From assembly GCA_964016885.1 (NCBI GenBank), contig OZ024743.1, positions 293,074,001 to 293,138,000 of the forward strand: DNA of 64,000 bases, written 5' to 3'. Both the position numbers and the translations under genes were made by a program. This DNA is from Eledone cirrhosa. Its lineage: Eukaryota. The notes under the pieces are model-generated. The model was not told the origin of the DNA and made no database searches. It was given only the letters and a program-made list of their open reading frames with translations. This document shows, piece after piece, positions 28,385 to 42,231 of the stretch. Each line of letters begins with the position of its first letter. Positions within the stretch are counted from its first letter, which is position 1.

Positions 28385-29460
28385 TTTCTTTATTAGCCAC
28401 AGGGGCACAAAAGAAGGGGACAAATACAAAGGGGGAAGTTTACATACAATAAAAACGTGTAAAATGTTATCACAAATGGAATTTAAAAAGTTAGTCGATT
28501 TTCCCCAATAGAGGGAGACAGTTTATATGGGTAACACATACCCCCGAAAAAAAATGTGCAACCCTCATCTCCAGGAGTACGAAGAGCTTGTACTCCTTTC
28601 CTCTCCTCCTCCTTTTCCTCAACCTACAGGCTGATATAGAGAGAAGGCCCATTCACTCGGGCCATTCTCGCCACTTTCACCCACCTTTCATAAAACTTGC
28701 TGGGGTACAGCACCTCTCTCTCCATCCTGATTCTTCTTCCAAAGTGGTATTTGAAAAAAAAAATCAGTTGTTGGCCGGAGAGAAAGGTGTCTGACCTCAG
28801 CCCTTTCAACCTTGTCCACCATACAACCTCTTTCGCCATAGCTATCACACAAAGGAAAACCGCCTCTCCTTCGTTTTTGAAGGAGGGTGGCGGTTTGATC
28901 ATGACAATGGACTTGGTGGTCAACTGGATTGGTCCCACCCGCGACAATAGTCGTTCTACATAGCCCCACAGGTCAGTGACGCCCGGGCAGTGTATGAATG
29001 CGTGCGCGACGGTTTCTTCGTCTCGCACGCACCTCGGACAGATCTTTTTTGCAGGGTCCCTGCCCGGGCGCCCATGTCTGTAGAGCTTGTCTCGAACTGG
29101 TAGAGCTCCTCGGTAGCACTGCCAGGCCAGGGACTTTTGGAAGTTGTCCATCGGTCCCGGGCGGAAGGTCCTACCGAACAGACTGGCCAGTTCATCTTCC
29201 TCTACGCCTAGAGTTTCACCGAGCGCGTCGTCGCACTTGCTGCGGACCAACCCTCTATAGAATGACGAAGTGGAGTCTCCACTGATCGCCGGGTCCGCCT
29301 GCCAGAGAGCTGTGAGCGCCTGAGCACATTCGATGTGCCAGTCGCCCATTTTCCTCGGTCTTTGCTTGACCCAGGACTGCAGCTCGGTCAGTGAGACGAG
29401 TCGTGGGAAGGCTCGCCTCACGAACGGGGCCCACACCGGTTGTCCGGTGAGGAATACGTA
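28385..29460 (-). mobile_element. Tx1/L1-like element, 5'-truncated, open ORF2 C-terminus 28624-29436
   Basis: CPRC..ETVAHAFIHC zinc knuckle; (GATA)n on both sides. Confidence 0.9.
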
Positions 29461-29461
29461 G

Positions 29462-29532
<71 letters not shown>

Positions 29533-29676
29533 GAGATATTTTAAGGTTCAGTCTCAAAGCCCTGTGAGTGGAATTTGGTAAGCCAAAAGCAGGTCGTATT
29601 TATACGTATGTGCGTGACGGGATAGGTGAGTGTATCGGTATCTGTGTACATGTTTACTTCTTCTTATTATTATTAT

Positions 29677-30075
29677 TATGGCGGTGGATTGGCAGTATTG
29701 GTAGAGGGTCGGACACCATGCTTTGTAGCATAGAGTTACCTCCCTTTATGATCTGAGTTCAAATCCCGCCGAGGTTAACTTTACCTTTCATCCTTACGGG
29801 GTCGATAAAATAAAGTACCAGTAATGCACTGGGTAATTTATGGCCTTGTGCCAAAAGTAGAAACAATTATTATTATGGCGGTGGATTGGCATAATCGGTA
29901 GAGGGTCGAACGTCATGCTTTCCAGCATAGAGTTGCACCCATTTACGGTCTGATTTCAAATCCCGCCAAGGTTAACTTTGCCTTTCATCTTTACGGGGTC
30001 GATAAAATAAAGTACTAGTAATGGACTGGGATAATTGCTGGCCTTGTGCCAAAAGTAGAAACAATCATTATTATT
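29677..30075 (+). mobile_element. Two tandem tRNA-derived SINEs
   Basis: Two ~200 bp units ggcggtggattggca...ttcaaatcccgcc...cctttcatc(c/t)ttacggggtcgataaa with (TTA)n tails. Confidence 0.85.
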
Positions 30076-30227
30076 ATTATTGGCGGCAGAGTCCTCAGAC
30101 ACTCCTTCCAGTGGGTCCACTCAGAAGCAACAGTTTTCGAGCGATCCAAGTGATCCATCTGGTCCCCAAGCGAGACTAGCTAAGCTCTTAGGTAACCTCG
30201 AGATTCAACAAAAAGAAACCAAAATGT

Positions 30228-30340
30228 GTGCTAGACTGGTGCTAGACTGGTGCCAGACTGGTGCTAGACTGGTGCCAGACTGGTGCCAGACTGGTGCCAG
30301 ACTGGTGCCAGACTGGTGCCAGACTGGAGCCAGACTGGTG
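30228..30340. repeat. 11-bp minisatellite (GTGCYAGACTG), about 10 copies
   Basis: Direct reading. Confidence 0.95.
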
Positions 30341-30564
30341 GCGATATGATTGACAAAATCCTTTCCAGACCATGACCCATTGTTGCTACAATCTAATAAC
30401 TGAAATCAGTAAAATGAAAGAATATATATATATATGTGTGTGTGTCTGTGTGCCTGTCTGTGTGTGTGTGTGTGTTCATTCATTTTAATGATTTCAGTTA
30501 TTAGATTGTGGCTACTGTGGGTCAAGTCCTTGTAAGGATGTTGTCAATCATATCGACACCAGTA

Positions 30565-30601
<37 letters not shown>

Positions 30602-30624
30602 ACTTATATATATATATACATGTA

Positions 30625-30672
<48 letters not shown>

Positions 30673-30778
30673 TATGTACATATATATATATATATATATA
30701 CATATGTACATATATATATATATATGTACATATATATATATATATATATGTGTGTACTTATATATATATATACATGTA

Positions 30779-30878
<100 letters not shown>

Positions 30879-32239
30879 TATGTACATATATATATATATA
30901 TACATATGTACATATATATATATGTACATATATATATATATATATATGTACATATATATATATATGCAGATTCATATTGACACATATACAAAAATACACA
31001 AGCACGTTTCTGTGTGTATGCGTACGTGTATGTCTGTGCTTGTATTTGTGGATGTTAGTGCGCAGTGTTAGTTACTATGTTTGCATAGATATATTTCTGT
31101 AGGAATGTGCATATATGTAAGTATGCGTGTGTGTTTATGTGCATGCGTGTGTGTGTGTGTGTGTGTTCATGTGCGTGCTTGTATGTTTTGTATGTGTGTG
31201 TATGCTTGTGTATGTGTGTGTATGTGTCTGTGTGTGTGTGTGTGTGAAATATCAATTCCGATATGTTTCTTCTACATAATCATAATAGGCTCCCTCTGTG
31301 TTTCTTCTCTTAGTTTAACTTATGAAATAAATAAATAAATAAATAAATATATAAATAGAAAGAAAGCAAAAATGGAACACCAGCAATATAAAGGAAGAAA
31401 GAAGGAAAGTATATAGAAAAGCAAGCAATAAAAGGGGTGAAAGAAAAGTGCATGTTGTTGTGAGAAGTAATATTTGAAAACAGGTTTGTTTTGTGTTGTG
31501 TTTGTTTTCCCCAGTACATGTAAACAAGTTTTGTTGATTTGTCAAAGTTTAGTCAAAAATAGTTATTATTATACACTTTTAAAAATTATATACTTTAAAC
31601 GTTACACTTTTAAATAACGACTCATATCCTATGAACTAATGAACGGTCATTTGTTGTTATGTTGCCACAGAAGAGTTCAATGCGGCACAGTGACTAATAG
31701 ATTTACCCCTGACGGGAATCATATGACTAGCATTTCGAGAAACCAAGCTCATATTTATAGGGAGAAAGTGTGGAGTTTTGTCAGAAATAATTGTTAGAAT
31801 ATGTCACAAAAAGACAGTTTTTTAAACAAAAGGCGAATAGCATATGAACATACAAATAGCGACTCTTCGTTCAGTTGTTGCAGTATTCTATAAAATGTAC
31901 ACACGTCACAGTCCATTAGAATTTAGAACAACGCTGCCATAACAATATGAAAGGTGTTGTTTTGCGAAATGTGTGCACATCGACTTGTCAGCAAATGCCA
32001 AGATCCACACTTTATACAGTAGGTCTCTGCACTTTGGTATCGAAATATGGAAGCAGCAATCAGAATCTTCTCGGATGAAAAAAATACAGGCTTTCACACT
32101 ACACATACATCATTTATTAAACATGCCGCCAGAAAATACAATGAATCAGCTATTTACCTATTTCAGCTCAAATATTATCCAATGGCATTACTGGCTATAT
32201 ATATATATGCAATTAAAATATGCTGCTTCTTGGCAGATC

Positions 32240-33132
32240 TGTTCTGTTAGAGAACGGGTCGCAGGTGGCTGATAGCGATACAGCCACCAGAAAGTATGGT
32301 TAGTAGCGATATAAGCGTTCGGATAAATGGTGCTAAGTCGAAATCCTTCATTGTGGGTGTCGGACCTTTCCTGTTCATAATATTCATGAACTGGATTGAT
32401 ATGCGCAGCCCGGTTGGAAGTGTTATCAAGACTATCGTATGTAGGATCAGTCGGTTTGAATCTGCAGACGACATGGTATTACTTAACTCGTCAGAAGGCG
32501 ATCACCGATATGGTTTGCTGCTAAGTGCTGCACGGCTGGAATGAAAATCAGTGCTACGAGGACTAAGAGACTCGTCTTGGAGTTCCACTTAAATTGTAGG
32601 AGCTAGTACAGCAAAGCGCCAGGTTCAGCATTCGCTGATTCGGGGGAAGTGAGGTAAGTGTAAAAGCCAAACTCGCTATCTTTAATTCGGTATTCGTGCC
32701 GACCCTTACCTAAAGTCAAAAAATCTTGGGTAATGACCGAAAGAATACGATCTCGAAATCAAGCTCCCGAAATGGGTTACCTCTGCTGAGTCTTTGGAGT
32801 AACGTTAGTGGATAAAGTGCGTAGCTCGGAGATCAGCGCGTCGTTCCATGTAGAGCTGCTACTTTTCGAATTGAGAGATTTTAATTCCGATAATATGGAC
32901 ATGTGGTTAGAATGTCTTAGTAAAGAAACGCTGGACAGATTTTACTGGCAAAACCAACAAGCAAACGACCCAGATATAGATCCCGAGCAAGATGGCTGGA
33001 TAACATCCATGAGCTTGGCTGATCTCGCTTGGGCATCCAGCCGAATTCATCGGTGACAGTTGTTTCTGATATGTGTTTGAAGACGCTGCCCCCACCACCC
33101 TCTGAAGGCGAAGACGAAGAACGAAAGAACGA

Positions 33133-33220
<88 letters not shown>

Positions 33221-33240
33221 AGAAGAAGAAGAAGAAGAAT
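32240..33240 (+). mobile_element. Decayed RTE-like LINE 3' part with (AAAG)n/(AAG)n tail
   Basis: SVRINGAKSKSFIVGVG, PFLFIIFMNWI, ADDMVLL, DKVRSSEI. Confidence 0.75.
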
Positions 33241-34599
33241 TTAACAGCTGGAATGTCTGTGATCATTAATCTGCTTCATTACGTTTGACCTGAGGCAAAA
33301 CAGTAGCAGCAGCATAGCAACCATATCGTCCTCGTACTACTTTTTACCGCCTCAAAGAAAGTGAAAGACAGTAAGATATTCAGTCCTGAATATATGCTAT
33401 GCCACACACTTATAAGAAAGTAGAAGGAATTGAAGAATCACTCTTGTTTGTTAATAGTACAGCACAAAATATTCCTAGATAGAAATCTTCCATCTTTTAT
33501 CACTAACTTAATTTCTTTGATATCAAAAATGCAATGAAATATAAAATAATTTTAATGAAATTACTGATGGAGATAATATATATTCATTGTAAAAAAAATC
33601 CCTGATCAACTATAGAAAAACTATTAAGTAAGACATAAATTCTTGCATAATTCCAATGACAACTGGTGTCTATAAGGAAATTTCATTAGTCATTTTTATT
33701 TTTAGTTTGGTGGGAGGAAAGAGAGAGATGGGGGTTTTTATCTCTTCACAAAAAATATTACATTCATAAAGATAATTGATTATTCTTGAAATAACACCCA
33801 CCCTCTGCCCAACGTCTAAACTGTTAACATTTCGTGTGATCAAAAGACTTGGAACTACGAAGACAACAATGTCGACAATTCTATGTAAGAAGATCTACCT
33901 GCTGATATCGCAGACTACTACAATCCCATCAAAGAAATCGCAATCTCGACTACAATTCCCTTAAAGAGCACCATAACAATTAAAACAGAATGGAATTGTC
34001 TTCAATTAACTTTATATTGTGATTAACCACCCAAGCGTGAAGTAGAAGTGGATTTAATTGCTGCTAAGTTAAACGGAGGAATGCAATGAACTGTATTTTG
34101 TTTAAGAGGACAAGAAAGGCTTCTGTAGAGAGAATCTGTTACAAATGTGTATATACACTCCGTTCTGATGTTTTTTAAAAGTAATTTATTAGTTTCAACC
34201 ACCGTTGTCTATTGTGTCACTCAAAATATTAGAAAAAGAAGCAGAATCTTATCCAAAACACAGCCTTGGAACAAAGGAATAAATGACTAGATTATCTAAT
34301 TCATGATCTTCTAGCTGTTGTTGCTGAATATTGTTGATACATGTTTCATAACGCCTTATATAGGAAGCTGATAAGTATGCGGCGTCGTGATAGGTTTTTT
34401 GGTTTTTTTGTTTTTTTTTCAATCCAAGCTATGCATGCATGCATGGTCGCATAGCTCCCGATGTGATCGTAGGATACGCCGTTTCTAGGGCATTTTTAAA
34501 CCTGGGTGGGCCCATCCCCTTGTCAGGTCTGAATACAGCAGATTTCTTCCAGAGTAGGATAGAGGGTGAGAGAATAGAAGCGAGAAAGAGATGTAGAGG

Positions 34600-35625
34600 A
34601 AGAATCGACGCCAGTACTAGAATTCTTTTATCAACCTCGAATGGTTGAAAGGCAAAGTTGAACTCGGTGGGATTTGAACTCAGAGAGGAGAGAACCGAAA
34701 CGAATACTGCAAATTCATTATTGTTTGGCTGTTTTTGCTGAATATCGTTAATACATGTTTGGTAAAGCCTTATAATGGTTCTGATTTAGGCAGACAATTT
34801 TAGGGGAGGGGACAGTCCATTAAATCTACCCAAGTGCATTACTTGTGCTTTATTTTATCGACCCCGTAAGGATGCATAGCAAAGTTAACCTTGGTGGGAT
34901 TTGAAATCAGACCGTAGAGGGGCGTAACTCTATGCTGGAAAGCATGGCTCCGACTATCTACCGATACTGCCAGTCCACTGCCCTTATAATAATGGTTTCT
35001 TATATAGGCACAGAGCCAGCAATATTGGGGTGGGGAAAGTCGATTAAATCGACCCCAGTGCATTACTGATATTTTATCGACCCCGTAAGGATGAAAGGCA
35101 AAGTTAACCTTGGCGGGATTTGAAATCAGACCGTGAAAGACCGTAACACTACGCTGCACACCATGGTATTCGACGCTCTATCTATTCTGCCAATCCACCA
35201 CCCTTATAAAACTGATAGGTATACAACATCGGGATAAGTATTTTTTATTTTTTTATTTTTCTTATTTCTTTTTTACTCAAGCTATGCATACATGATTCCA
35301 TAACTTTTGATGGAATTGTAGAGGCGCCGTATTGACATACGCAGTTTCTATGGCATTTTAAAACCTGGTGGAGCCCATCTCCTCTCCAAGCCTGAATGCA
35401 GCAGTTTTCTTCTAGAGAAGGATGGAATGTGAGAGAATGGAAGTGAAAAAGAGCTGAAGAAGAGGAATACACACCAGAATCGACTGGTACTTTTTTTTTA
35501 TCAACCTCGAATGGGTGAAAGGTAAAGTGGACCATGGCGAGATTTGAACTCAGATAGCAGAGGGGTGGAACGAATACCGCAAAGTATTCTATCGGACGTT
35601 CTAACGATTCTGCCAATTCGCCGTC
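34600..35625 (-). mobile_element. Cluster of about four tRNA-derived SINE copies
   Basis: Reverse complements of the 29.7 kb SINE at ~34620-34720, 34800-34985, 34990-35205 and 35460-35625. Confidence 0.8.
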
Positions 35626-36593
35626 TTACTCAAGTTAGTAATTTTTTTTCACCGTGCAAATAGTGGGAAGTGGCTTTAGATTTGTGTTTAAATTGTCTGA
35701 AAGTACATTTGTCAAACTTTATTAACATTTTCGGAAAGAAATTCAATATCACTACACCTTTGAATATCATATGGTTTACTGAGAATCTGTATAAATTCTA
35801 GAAGATCGATAGACAGACAGAATGGTTGAAATTAATAAATTACTTTTAAAAAACACCAGCTAAACAACGGAGTGGTTACATTTGTAATGAATTCTCTACA
35901 GAAGCGTTTCTTGTCTTCTTATATAAAAACTATATGACGCTTTAATGTAACGTGAAGATAGCTAGGGATATTACAAAAAATTCTAATTCACTTCTTTAGA
36001 GTGTGTATGGGGTGGGGGGATGAATAATTTAAGGTAGCTAAGGGGGAATGAGGAGTCAGTACACCCCGGGAGGCATTTTGGTCACTTTAGATGTGTTTTT
36101 AAAAAGGAAATGGTGCAAATATGACGACTTCCCGGAACGTACTGTATGCGTACCAATGTTTGGTGCCGGACCCTTCTAGTCATGGCTGCGTGATTAAGAA
36201 GCTTGCTTTGCAAACATGACTATGGTAGTTGTTTTGAGCGACCATCTATTATAGCCTTGAGCTGAGTGATGCCTGGTAAGTGAAGTTTGTCATTCAGAAA
36301 CTGCAAAAACAGCCCAACGTATAAGCATGTGAATGTGTGTTTATATGTCGAACCACCAGCAATTTGATAAAAACAGATTGACTAAATACTTTAATGGTTG
36401 TGCCCCCAAAACATGGATGAGTTAAGCTTGCATGTGGCCCTTGGCTGAAATTTTCATTGCGGCGCTTGCGTATTATTTATGTTAGATAAAAACTAATCTT
36501 GAACCCTTGGCTGCACACAGTCAATATCAGCCACCAAAGACACGAGCCAGTCGGCTGGAACAGGTAAAGGAGTAAAAGATGTATATATCTGTT

Positions 36594-36696
<103 letters not shown>

Positions 36697-37006
36697 AGAC
36701 AGACATAGAGAAAGAGACAGACAGAGAGAGAGACAAACAGAAAGAGACAGACAGACAAACATAACGATGGGCAGGCAAGCAATCAGAGAAGCAGACATGG
36801 AGGCAGACACAAATGTTCGAAGCGGAAAATCACTCCGTCGCTACTCCATGTCTGTCGCATGTGTGCGTTCGTTCAAGCGATGAAGACCGAACACACGCAC
36901 ACAAGCGACAAACACAGCAGCGGCGAACTTGATACTCGGCTTCGTGCAATTATATGTATATTTTGTGCGTGTGTATGAGTGTGTGTGTGTGTGTGTGTAT
37001 GTGAGC

Positions 37007-37130
<124 letters not shown>

Positions 37131-37154
37131 TTGTATATACATATATATATATAA

Positions 37155-37215
<61 letters not shown>

Positions 37216-37431
37216 GTATATACATATATATATATAATATATGTATATATATATATATATATAATTAAATACATATGTATATTTATATATACATATAGTA
37301 TATATACATATAAACATATATATATAAACATATACATATATATATATATAAACATATACATATATATATATAAACATATACATATATATAAACATATACA
37401 TATATAAACATATACCTATATATAAATATAC

Positions 37432-37514
<83 letters not shown>

Positions 37515-37757
37515 GTAATAATAATAAATTTGAAGACTAAAATCCAAAGAGGGCTCGATAAGGATAGCGATTCTTTGCTTAAGCTTTAATCTGTTATTTT
37601 AATAAATATATGTATATATATAAATTTTTGCTCTACGGTTCTTATATATTTGATATATATTTATCCTTATCGAGCCCTCTTTGGATTTTAGTCTTCAAAT
37701 TTATTATTATTACTATTTGGCTCCCTCGGTTGAGCACTCTATTGACTTATATTCATC

Positions 37758-39890
37758 ATGCAGAAACAACATCTGAATATTTCTACAAAGAACATACCCG
37801 TACCAAGCAGGAAAACATACCTAAAACTCCTGATACAGAAAACAGACGCGTTCATTAAAAGGTTGCGTTGGCGTGCCTTTTATTTCGATAATCCGCGAAA
37901 AGCAGACAACAAACAGGATAAATTTGGGTTTAAAATCTATAATAACCCCCCGTGTACCCCAGCATTGCTACCCTTCGAAAATGATGTCTTGGAACTCATA
38001 CGGAGTATCAAATTTCGGAATAGGAGCAATTCCTTCCAGCAGGACCTGAAGAATAGAATTCGTTCTATTAAGGATTCTAATGCCGTGCACGTCCATTCCG
38101 ACAAAACTGGCAACCTATATCATGTGGAGCGCAGTACTTACCATCAACTACTACATAATGCTGTAACTAAGGATTACCGTAAAACTAATCGGCGCGTCAT
38201 CAATGAAATCAAAGTTGCTGGGTTTAAAATCACATCTGATCTCAACATCCTGGACCGGACCGAACCTCTGGACCCTATTTCTCCCCACTTTACCCTGAAG
38301 GATCACAAATCCAATTTCCCGAACAACCCCTCTATTCGGCTTATTAACCCTACGAAGTCCGATTTAGGTAGACTTAGTAAAACGATTCTTGATAGAATTT
38401 TACTTGAAATTAGAAGTTTGGCCCCTCTTGCACTGTGGAACAATTCTTTCGCGGTGATTGATTGGTTCAACGGCATATGTAACAAGGAACATTGCCGTTT
38501 TATCCAATTCGACATCAACAATTACTACTCCTCCATCACTTTACCACTTCTCCTTAGAGCTATCAATTTCGCTAAAACACTCACAGTGGTTAAGGATTTC
38601 GAAGTTGATGTCATCCTCAATGCCCGTAAGTCGGTGATTAATTTCGACGACTCTATTTGGATTTTTTAATCCAATAGTACCCCATTCGACGTGAGTATGG
38701 GCGCCAGCGATTCTGCGGAGGTTACTGATCTTATCGGCCTTTTCCTTCTTTTCTCTATCAAGGACGAATTCCCCAACGCGGGCGGTGGTTTGTACCGTGA
38801 TGATGGTCTTTTGACCATGACTAAGTGCGGACCTCGTGCTTGCGGCAGGTTCAGAAAAGAACTCACAGCCTTCTTTAAAGGCTTCAACCTCTCTATACAG
38901 GTTGAGGCCAATCTCTCGGTCGTTAATTACCTCGACGTTAACCTCAATTTATTGAATGGGTTGTATTACCCGTATAGAAAGCCGAATGATAATCTTAATT
39001 ACATAAGTAAGCATTCCAACCATCCTGCCAGCATAACCAAGATCCTGGTAAGAAACATTTCGTTGAGGCTTTCCCGTCTATCTACTAACGAGCATATTTT
39101 CAACGACCATTCCACTTATTACAATGAAGCTCTTGCTCGGAGCGGATTTGTCGATAAGCTAGTATATACAGAGTACGAAAATAGACCTAGAAGAAATAGA
39201 TCCAGTCGCATTTGTTGGTATAACCCACCATATAATATGGAGGTGGCCACACCATTAGCTAAGATCTTTCTTTCCCTTATTACGAAGCATTTTCCGCCTA
39301 CACATAAATATAGTAAAATTTTTAATAGAAATACTATTAAAATATTTTACTCTACGACTCCTAACCTTGCACATAACATCACAGCTTCAAATTTAGCTAA
39401 ACTACCTAGCCGTAGGAACACGTGCAACCCTGTAGTTAGTACTAACTGTAATTGTAGGAATCGGGTTGATTGCCCCCTATCCGGGAAATGCCTCTCTAGT
39501 AACATTGTCTACAAATCTAAGGTTGAAACACCCACGTCCGGTAGGGCCTACATAGGGTTAACCACCAATAGATTGAAGCAGCGTCTTTACATGCATACCC
39601 CTTCTTTTCGTTACCCCCCTCTAAGAAGGTATATGACGTCACTTTCAGCTTATATCTGGAGTCTAAAAGACAGCCACACCCAATATAAGTTACAGTGGGA
39701 GATCCTAGCTAGAGCTAGATCGTATAACGGAAATAAAAGACCATGTGACCTCTGCGCCGCTGGGGCCCTGGAAATACTCTACGCCACAGACTACATCTTA
39801 AACAAAAAATCTGAGGCAATTTCGGCTTGTAAACATAAATTGCACAAAACTTTCCTGTATTACAGCTCCAAGTTATACCCTAACGGATAG
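37758..39890 (+). pseudogene. PLE RT plus C-terminal GIY-YIG ORF (~710 codons) with one in-frame TAA at 38667-38669
   Basis: KNIPVP..RLRWRAF, DKT, QFDI..YY, MGASDSAE, YRDD, YLDV, WYNPPY, CNC..CP..C, IVY..YIG; the two listed ORFs share a frame (offset 933 nt). Confidence 0.92.
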
Positions 39891-40821
39891 TACGATCTAT
39901 ACGTGGATATTTTACGTCTTGATGTGGTAGCTAAGTATATGTTTTGTTTATACCATTACTTATTTGCATAGGTAAGTATATATTACCAGTATGTTTTGTG
40001 AAGGTACGTATACCTTCTCGTACGTATATTTGATTGTATATGTTATGGCGTATAATTTTTTATTTTATATTTTCTGGTACATATGGTTTGTTTATGTGTA
40101 TACGGGTGTTTTGCGTCTGTGTGAGTGTGCAGGTTCGTACGTTGTAGCGTGTGTGTATATGTGTACTTCGTGTTTGGGTTGACTTACGTCTCCGAACATT
40201 TGTGTATTTACATGTAGGTATGTGTGTGCGTTTGTTATATACGTATTTATTTATTTATATACGTTTATTTAATTATTTATTTATTTGTATACACGCATAC
40301 ACACACACACATATTTATATGTGCGTGGTTTTGTATACCTATGGTAAGTGTTTTCGCGTATGCTTGTGTATGTACGTATTTGTATGCGTGTATATATTTA
40401 TTTAATTTCTATTACCTCTGTATTGTATTTATTTACTTTGTTCTTAACTCTGAAGCGGAGATTCATTCGGTCTCCTAGTTAGAATTTTAGTCTACGACTT
40501 CTGCTATACCATTTACGTGGTTTTGTCTTTGCGTGCAATTGTTCTCCACGCTCCACATATGACGTATTATCTTCGTTTTTTTCCCGTTCATTGCCAGAGA
40601 ACGTCTCTATGAACCACCTAAGAGAACATTAGTCTACGACTTCTTTTATACCATAAACGTGGTTCTGGCTTTGCGCGTAATTGTTTTTCACCGCTCCTAT
40701 TAATGACGTATTATATTCGTTTTTTCCCGTTCTTTGCCAGGGAACGTTTCCACGAACCAAACTATCGTCTTCCTGTCTTCCTCCGGTTGCAACGTTTTTT
40801 GAAATATCCACTTCTGCGTTT

Positions 40822-40897
40822 ACAGATTGACTTTGTTAGTTTCAGAAGATCCCGTTAAGGGTGAAAGCTGCGATTATTTGCTTAAACTTCAATCTGT
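40822..40897 (+). ncRNA. Type I hammerhead fold, core CAGAAGA (U4A)
   Basis: Core 40843-40849, GAAA 40863-40866; stem I agttt/aaact plus acagattga/tcaatctgt. Confidence 0.65.
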
Positions 40898-40995
40898 TAT
40901 TTTAATAAATATTTGTTCTACGGTTCTTATATATTTGATATATATTTATCCTTATCGAGCCCTCTTTGGATTTTAGTCTTCAAATTTATTATTAT

Positions 40996-41077
<82 letters not shown>

Positions 41078-41199
41078 GTTAAAAATGTACATCCACATAT
41101 GTATACTGAAATACTAGTATGCATATGAATACACACACGTGTACATATGTAGATGTACCGAGTTTTCACTGGTCACTTATAAACATTTACATATTCTTT

Positions 41200-42231
41200 T
41201 ACTCCTTTACCTGTTCCAGCCATCTGGCTGAGGCCATGCTGGGGCACCGCCGTTGTTGCTACACATTCTATCTCCAGACTGTGTTGGTTGGCCATTGGTG
41301 AAAGAGGGAGTTCGTTGTTACTACCCATAGGTTTCCCTTGTGCCGTGCTGTGGGCTCATCCGGGATCCTGGGTAGCAGGTTGTCGAGATATTTCTTGAAA
41401 ACTTCCACGTCCACACCATGCTGATCTCTCAAATCCCTCAGCAGCTTGTTGAAGAGTTGAGGACCTTTGAACCCCTGACTATTGCAGTATCTGCTCCTTA
41501 TTCTAGATGTGGAAGATGGGACCTTTGGCACCACACAGTAACGTCCTGTTGGGGGGTTGGTCCAGCTCCCAATGCCAGCGTTTGGTGCTAGTCTCTCCAG
41601 GATTTTCCATACGTATATCACTGCGTATCTCTCCCGTCTTCGTTCCAAGGAGAAGAAGTTCAGTTCTTTTAGCCTCACCCAGTAGGTTATCTCCTTCATC
41701 GTGGCAATCCTCTTGGTGTAGCTTCACTGGATTGCCTCAAGCTCCGTGGTTAGTTTGACACTATGTGGTGACCACAGCAGGGACCAATAGTCCAGGCGGC
41801 TTAGGACAAATGTCCTCCATAATATAAACATGGTCTCTCTGTCTCTTGTCTGGAAAGTCCTCAAGATCCAGCCAGTGAGAGGTCTGCACATTATCGCCAC
41901 CTTCATGATGTGTGAGGAAAAAGATGCATCGTCGCTCATGTCTATTCCCAGGTCTCGTATCGATTTCGACATTGGAATTTCGATCCCTCCTGGTCCAGTG
42001 TAGCCGTGTTGTACTGTATTTGAATTTTCAGGTTGGTATTGTAGGGCTTGAAATTTTCCAGCATTAAAATGCATGTTGTTGTGCTGAGCCCATTTGTATA
42101 TGGCATCCAGATCTTGTTGTGGAAGAGCAGCTTCAGTCGGGGTTTTGATTGCCTGTGCTACCTTTGCATCATCAGCGTAACTAGTGAGGGATGTTGTATG
42201 TACTACAGAGGGCATGTCTGACAGAGCCACC
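41200..42231 (-). mobile_element. CR1-like LINE 3' fragment
   Basis: YADDAK, FNAGKFQ, RDLGI, LERRRER, GPQLFN. Confidence 0.88.

Larger units (their letters stand above)
37513..41000 (+). mobile_element. Naiad-type PLE family B, full length
   Basis: Inverted tip 37513-37566, partial 5' pLTR 37567-37715 matching ~40870-41000, complete ORF, (TA)n flanks. Confidence 0.95.

Noticed and set aside
30228-30340. Regular repeat resembling a CRISPR array or repeat protein (GARLVPDWCQT)
   Set aside because: Contiguous 11-mers without spacers, in a eukaryotic context
40629-40811. Identical 60-aa antisense ORF in two places (also 23754-23936)
   Set aside because: Identity simply reflects two young copies of the same 3' UTR; non-ATG start
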